From IMG/VR virus record IMGVR_UViG_3300045911_000760: a DNA stretch of 38,460 bases; one strand, given 5' to 3'. The first letter of the stretch is position 1. Each line of letters opens with the position of its first letter. This stretch comes from a virus (lineage: Duplodnaviria; Heunggongvirae; Uroviricota; Caudoviricetes). Positions 34,875 to 38,460 of the stretch are shown here, piece by piece. The position numbers and the translations under genes were made by a program. Below the pieces are notes generated by a model. That model had not been told where the DNA came from. It ran no database searches and saw only the letters and a program-made list of their open reading frames with translations.

Positions 34875-35065
34875 ACACTCACGGAGCCGGCATCCACGGG
34901 CCCTACCGGGCCCCGGTGTTCTACGTCGACGACAGGCAGAACGTCGTCGACGGCTGGTTCGTGAGCCGCCGCGGGGCCGCCGTGCGCGTGCTTCTCTCCG
35001 GTCGCCCTGGGGTGACCCGCACCGTCCACGCGCGTTACGTGTTCACGCGGTGGGCGCCGGCCTGA
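34871..35065 (+). CDS. Hypothetical protein
   Basis: 64 aa, GTGA coupled. Confidence 0.55.
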   Translation: MNTHGAGIHGPYRAPVFYVDDRQNVVDGWFVSRRGAAVRVLLSGRPGVTRTVHARYVFTRWAPA

Positions 35066-35079
35066 GATGTTCTTTTTGG

Positions 35080-35160
35080 TGGAAAGGTTTTGACATCGCA
35101 ACCTGGGCGCCCTAGTCTCTCCCTTGTCACCACGACACCGGGCTTCGGCGGTACCGAGGC
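35080..35160 (+). promoter_or_regulatory. Cassette promoter P3 with leader hairpin
   Basis: TTGACA 35090-35095, N17, TAGTCT 35113-35118; hairpin GCTTCGG-CGGTA-CCGAGGC 35142-35160. Confidence 0.88.
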
Positions 35161-35183
35161 GCCTTCAAGAAATCGAGGACCCC

Positions 35184-35495
35184 ATGGCCTACACCGAGAC
35201 GACCTGGAAGCGCTGGAACAACAAGGGGCAGAAACTCCTCGTTGCCTACCGCCTGGGAGACAAGGTGCACGAGGAGCTGGCCCGCGTGTGCGACAAGCTG
35301 AGCGACCACCGGCGCTGGATCGGCAAGGGCGACGAGGAGCTCCGCCAGGCGATGCGCGAATCGTTCGACCAGCACTATGCCTCGCGGCGTATCGCTCTCG
35401 ACGTGGAGCGCGAGCGACTCGGGTGCCCACGACGTCGAGAGCTGAGTGGCACGGAGTCCGCATACGAGGCGGAACTCCGGCTGATGAGGCGCTGA
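35184..35495 (+). CDS. Hypothetical protein
   Basis: GAGGA RBS, ATG at 35184 (MAYTETTW); followed by a GGGGCCCC hairpin. Confidence 0.7.
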   Translation: MAYTETTWKRWNNKGQKLLVAYRLGDKVHEELARVCDKLSDHRRWIGKGDEELRQAMRESFDQHYASRRIALDVERERLGCPRRRELSGTESAYEAELRLMRR

Positions 35496-35546
35496 CGCCG
35501 CAAGGGGCCCCACGGGGCCCCCACAAACTTTTGTCCGATGTTCCGT

Positions 35547-35628
35547 TAGAAAAGTTTTGACATCGCAACTGAACGGGCCTAAGTTCTTCTTGTCACCGCG
35601 ACACACCGAGCCCCGGCGGTACCGGAGC
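35547..35628 (+). promoter_or_regulatory. Cassette promoter P4 with leader hairpin
   Basis: TTGACA 35557-35562, N17, TAAGTT 35580-35585; hairpin GCCCCGG-CGGTA-CCGGAGC 35610-35628. Confidence 0.88.
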
Positions 35629-35651
35629 AACCCCTCGAAAAGGAACAGACC

Positions 35652-36422
35652 ATGACCCCCACTGCTGAAGTTGCGAAGGAACTCCGCCTGGCCCTCAAGA
35701 CCGAGCTCGGACTCGGGCCACGCGAGGTGAGCGTCCGCACCGACAACTACTCCCTCGGGAGCTCGATCGACGTCACGATCAAGGTCCCCGGGATCCTCAA
35801 AGACAAGGTCGAGGAGATCGCCAAGCGCTTCGCGCGCATCCAGTACGATCACGCGACGGGCGAGATCCTCTGCGGCGGCAACCGCCATGTGCACGTCGAG
35901 TACGCGCACCGGCTCTCCCTGGACCTGCAGGCGAAGTACGGTGCACTCCTGCCGCAGGAGGACGGCGGGGAGGCGACGATCGCTCCTGGCGCGACGGTTC
36001 GGCGCGAGCGCGAGTACTTCCGGTTCTTCCTGAACGGAGACGAGGCGCGCTACTGCTGGGGCGAGGGACTCGCCTCCATCTACTGGGCGGAGCTCGAGAT
36101 CGAGGCGGCTGCTGCGGCCGAAGCGGCTGCGCAGCTGACCGGGATCGATGCCGCGCTGTACGCCCTGCAGGGACTCTCCTCGGAGTCGGACCTCGCGGAC
36201 GTCGCCCATGGGCACATCGGCGAGGCGCTCCGTCGGCTGGACCTCGGTGACCTCTTCGGCGCTGCCCAGTTCGCCGGGCGCGCCGACTGGGCGACCTTCG
36301 ACGAGCGCGGACCGGTACGGGACGCTGTGGAGCTGGCGATCGAAGCGCTCCGCGCCCGGGTCGAGCAAGCGCAGGGCATCGCGCGCTTCGAGCAGGGCGC
36401 TCGGGAGGTGGCGGCGGCGTAG
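35652..36422 (+). CDS. LPD29-like (large polyvalent protein-associated) domain protein
   Basis: EVAKELRLALK...VSVRTDNYSLGSSIDVTIK resembles the LPD29 N-terminal pattern; AAGGA RBS. Confidence 0.65.
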   Translation: MTPTAEVAKELRLALKTELGLGPREVSVRTDNYSLGSSIDVTIKVPGILKDKVEEIAKRFARIQYDHATGEILCGGNRHVHVEYAHRLSLDLQAKYGALLPQEDGGEATIAPGATVRREREYFRFFLNGDEARYCWGEGLASIYWAELEIEAAAAAEAAAQLTGIDAALYALQGLSSESDLADVAHGHIGEALRRLDLGDLFGAAQFAGRADWATFDERGPVRDAVELAIEALRARVEQAQGIARFEQGAREVAAA

Positions 36423-36601
36423 CGCCGCGCGTGAGCGAGCCAGGGGCGGACATCGCCCCCGGCCCGGCTCCGGCTCCTGCCCTCGGGTTCCTCGAGGTCG
36501 GGCGCGGGCGCCGAGCCCGAAACGAAGTGGGCCCCGCGACGGCGGCAACCGTCCGGGACCCAGGCCACACCCAACCCCAGTTTCAGAAGGACAGGTGCGA
36601 C

Positions 36602-36832
36602 ATGCCGACCGATACCACGACCCAGCACGACGACCAGAACGCCGAGGCCAAAGGACTCACCCTTTCCGCCGAAGCCGCCGGCGAACTCCGCGCCGCGATG
36701 CGCGCGATGCGTGACCACGCGGACGAGCTCCAGAAGAGCCTGGCGGGGCGCCCCGAACTCGAGCGCGAAGCCGCCGCAGCGGAGCAGCTTGCGGTCTCTC
36801 TGGAGCAGGCAGGGAGGGCGCTCGGGGGCTGA
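36602..36832 (+). CDS. Small helical protein
   Basis: AAGGA upstream; ATG at 36602 (MPTDTT). Confidence 0.55.
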   Translation: MPTDTTTQHDDQNAEAKGLTLSAEAAGELRAAMRAMRDHADELQKSLAGRPELEREAAAAEQLAVSLEQAGRALGG

Positions 36833-36913
36833 CCGCGGGAACGATGGCGCGGGCGGGGGGCATCTCCGCCCGCGCCTCGCGCAACCTCCGAGCGCTCCGT
36901 CCGAAGAGCCCCC

Positions 36914-37087
36914 ATGCACCACGTCGTCATCCCCCTCGACCACGAGGGGCGCTGGATCCTTGTCACCGTGACGCCTGCCCGTGGAGCGTTGGAGCCGCCG
37001 GGGCTGGTCGTGATGACGGAGGGGAGCCTCCAGAAGTGCGAATCGGTCCGGGTCAAGCTGCTCGACGAGACGCCGACGCTGGCGTGA
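36914..37087 (+). CDS. Small hypothetical protein (57 aa)
   Basis: MHHVVIPLDHEGRWILV...ETPTLA*. Confidence 0.4.
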   Translation: MHHVVIPLDHEGRWILVTVTPARGALEPPGLVVMTEGSLQKCESVRVKLLDETPTLA

Positions 37088-37280
37088 AGAGCAACACGGT
37101 CAAGTATGCGGAATCACCAGGCTTTTTCTGACCTGTAAGGACTTCAGGTCGCAGTTCAGCAACTCCGCTCCCCGACACAGCCGTTTTCGGCTCCCGGAGC
37201 CAGCAAGCATCCCGTCCCGCTCAACAAAACCTCGGGCGTTCGGAAGCTCCGTAGCCGGAGGCGTGGGCGCATGCTGATTG

Positions 37281-37297
37281 TGCTTGCTGGGCAAGCA
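37281..37297. promoter_or_regulatory. Perfect 7-3-7 inverted repeat upstream of the P63C gene
   Basis: TGCTTGC-TGG-GCAAGCA. Confidence 0.55.
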
Positions 37298-37319
37298 TAG
37301 ATGGTGCATAAGTGGTGGC

Positions 37320-38339
37320 ATGTCCGAGTCAACTGCCAAGCGCGGGGGCGAGGCCCGAGCCGCTTCGCTCAGTCCTTCGAAACGGAAGGCCATTGCCCAA
37401 GCGGCAGCGATGGCCAGGTGGTCGAGCGAGGGCAAGTTGTCGCTCAGGGTAGCCAAGTACGGTGCCCCGGGCCGCCCGCTACGCATCGACAACATCGAGA
37501 TCCCTTGCTTCGTCCTAGACGACGGGACCCGAGTGATCGTGCAGCGCGGCGTCCACGCGGGGATCGGTCTGAGCGAAGGTGGCACATCGAAGGGCGCCTC
37601 GCGCCTGGTCGCGCTGATGAACTCGTTGCTCTCGCGTGGCGTGGACATCAAGGGCTTGGCGTCGCGCCTGGAGACGCCGATCCGATTCGTCCCCCCGCAG
37701 GGCGGCGGAGCCGCGTACGGCTACGAGGCGACCATCCTCCCGGACATCTGTGCCGTGGTCCTGGAGGCTGCCCGGCTCGGCAAGCTGAAGAAGAACCAGG
37801 CGAAGCTTTCGCGCACCTGTTCGATCCTTCAGCACGCGTTCGCGACGGTCGGCATCATCGCGCTCGTCGACGAGGCGACGGGCTACCAGGAGGTCCGGGC
37901 TCGCGATGCCCTCGCCGAGATCCTCGAGAAGTTTGTCCAGAAGGAGCTACGTCCCTGGGTGAAGACCTTCCCGCCGGAGTACTACGAGCAGATCTTCCGG
38001 CTCAACAGGTGGGAGTTTCCGGAGGACATCCGCTACCCGTCCGTCCTGGGGCACTGGACGAACAACATCGTCTACAAGCGCCTCGCCCCTGGTGTGCTCG
38101 AGGAGCTCAGGAACGTGACCCCGAGGTATCCGAGCGGGCGACTGAAGCATCGGCTCTTCCAGCACCTCACCGAGGACATCGGGCATCCGAAGCTCCGGGA
38201 GCACTTGGCGGGCGTGCTCATGCTCATGAAGTACTCGCCTGACTGGCGCGTTTTCATGGACCGCCTGGACAAGGAGTACCCCCAGTTCGGCGGGAACCTC
38301 ATGCTCCCGTTCCCGGACGACTACAGGGCCCCCGAATGA
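37320..38339 (+). CDS. P63C-domain protein
   Basis: GGEARAASLS...AARW N-terminus; IPCFVLDDGTRV; GIIALVDEATGYQ; WVKTFPPEYY. Confidence 0.88.
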   Translation: MSESTAKRGGEARAASLSPSKRKAIAQAAAMARWSSEGKLSLRVAKYGAPGRPLRIDNIEIPCFVLDDGTRVIVQRGVHAGIGLSEGGTSKGASRLVALMNSLLSRGVDIKGLASRLETPIRFVPPQGGGAAYGYEATILPDICAVVLEAARLGKLKKNQAKLSRTCSILQHAFATVGIIALVDEATGYQEVRARDALAEILEKFVQKELRPWVKTFPPEYYEQIFRLNRWEFPEDIRYPSVLGHWTNNIVYKRLAPGVLEELRNVTPRYPSGRLKHRLFQHLTEDIGHPKLREHLAGVLMLMKYSPDWRVFMDRLDKEYPQFGGNLMLPFPDDYRAPE

Positions 38340-38460
38340 CGCGGTCGACCCCGGCCGGCTTCGACATGCGCGACCAGGAGTACCTCGGCGCGCCCGCTGC
38401 GCTCGCCACCCGGTCGGCTCCGCACGAGCTCTACGCCGCCCTTGCGCGCCTCGACCACGA
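38336..38460 (+). CDS. Partial CDS running off the window
   Basis: ATG overlaps the P63C stop (ATGA); open to the window end. Confidence 0.45.
   Translation, partial: MTRSTPAGFDMRDQEYLGAPAALATRSAPHELYAALARLDH

Larger units (their letters stand above)
5945..38460. mobile_element. Prophage (temperate phage-like element) integrated at tRNA-Leu; left arm with integration, immunity and early regions
   Basis: Integrase and excisionase abut the tRNA 3' end; cro/cI-like switch; phage-type early genes with overlapping start/stop codons. The right end and structural genes are not in the window. Confidence 0.88.

Noticed and set aside
32844-35628. CRISPR array or iterons
   Set aside because: The repeats are irregularly spaced (about 470-1340 bp), separated by genes, and contain -35/-10 boxes. 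No cas genes are present; the Cas4-like gene is a phage exonuclease.
35127-36548. 473-aa minus-strand ORF
   Set aside because: Antisense to promoter-driven plus-strand genes, with no recognisable motif.
5945-38460. Second att site or complete prophage boundaries
   Set aside because: I saw no duplicate of the tRNA-Leu 3' end and no terminase, capsid or tail genes, so extent and viability cannot be judged.

Overview
High-GC (~68-70%) bacterial DNA, most likely from a myxobacterium (inferred from gene types, not from a search). Bases 1-5.7 kb are host genes: a TPR/TolA-like protein, a lipoprotein and a hybrid histidine kinase. They are followed by tRNA-Leu(GAG), where a temperate phage-like element is integrated; it runs past the right edge of the window. 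The element has a tyrosine integrase whose ORF reads through the att/tRNA, an excisionase, a cro/cI/ImmA-like switch and a long rightward early operon (HNHs, DUF3560, exonuclease, SSB, Tmk, HerA-like ATPase, ASCH). No virion genes or second att site are in the window. Two regions stand out. (1) A ~1.4-kb minus-strand RNA cluster (9.2-10.6 kb) holds tRNA-Asn, a complete tmRNA (tag ANDNVTPLEAAA), one clear and one weaker stand-alone copy of the tmRNA tRNA-like domain, and a thrice-repeated motif with a potential pseudoknot partner. An unbroken ORF crosses the whole cluster. (2) An array at 32.8-36.4 kb has four near-identical sigma70 promoters, each followed by a leader hairpin and small cargo genes (LPD29-like, HTH, unknowns), resembling a shuffleable early/anti-defence cassette system. 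All family names come from motif recognition by eye; no database searches were run.
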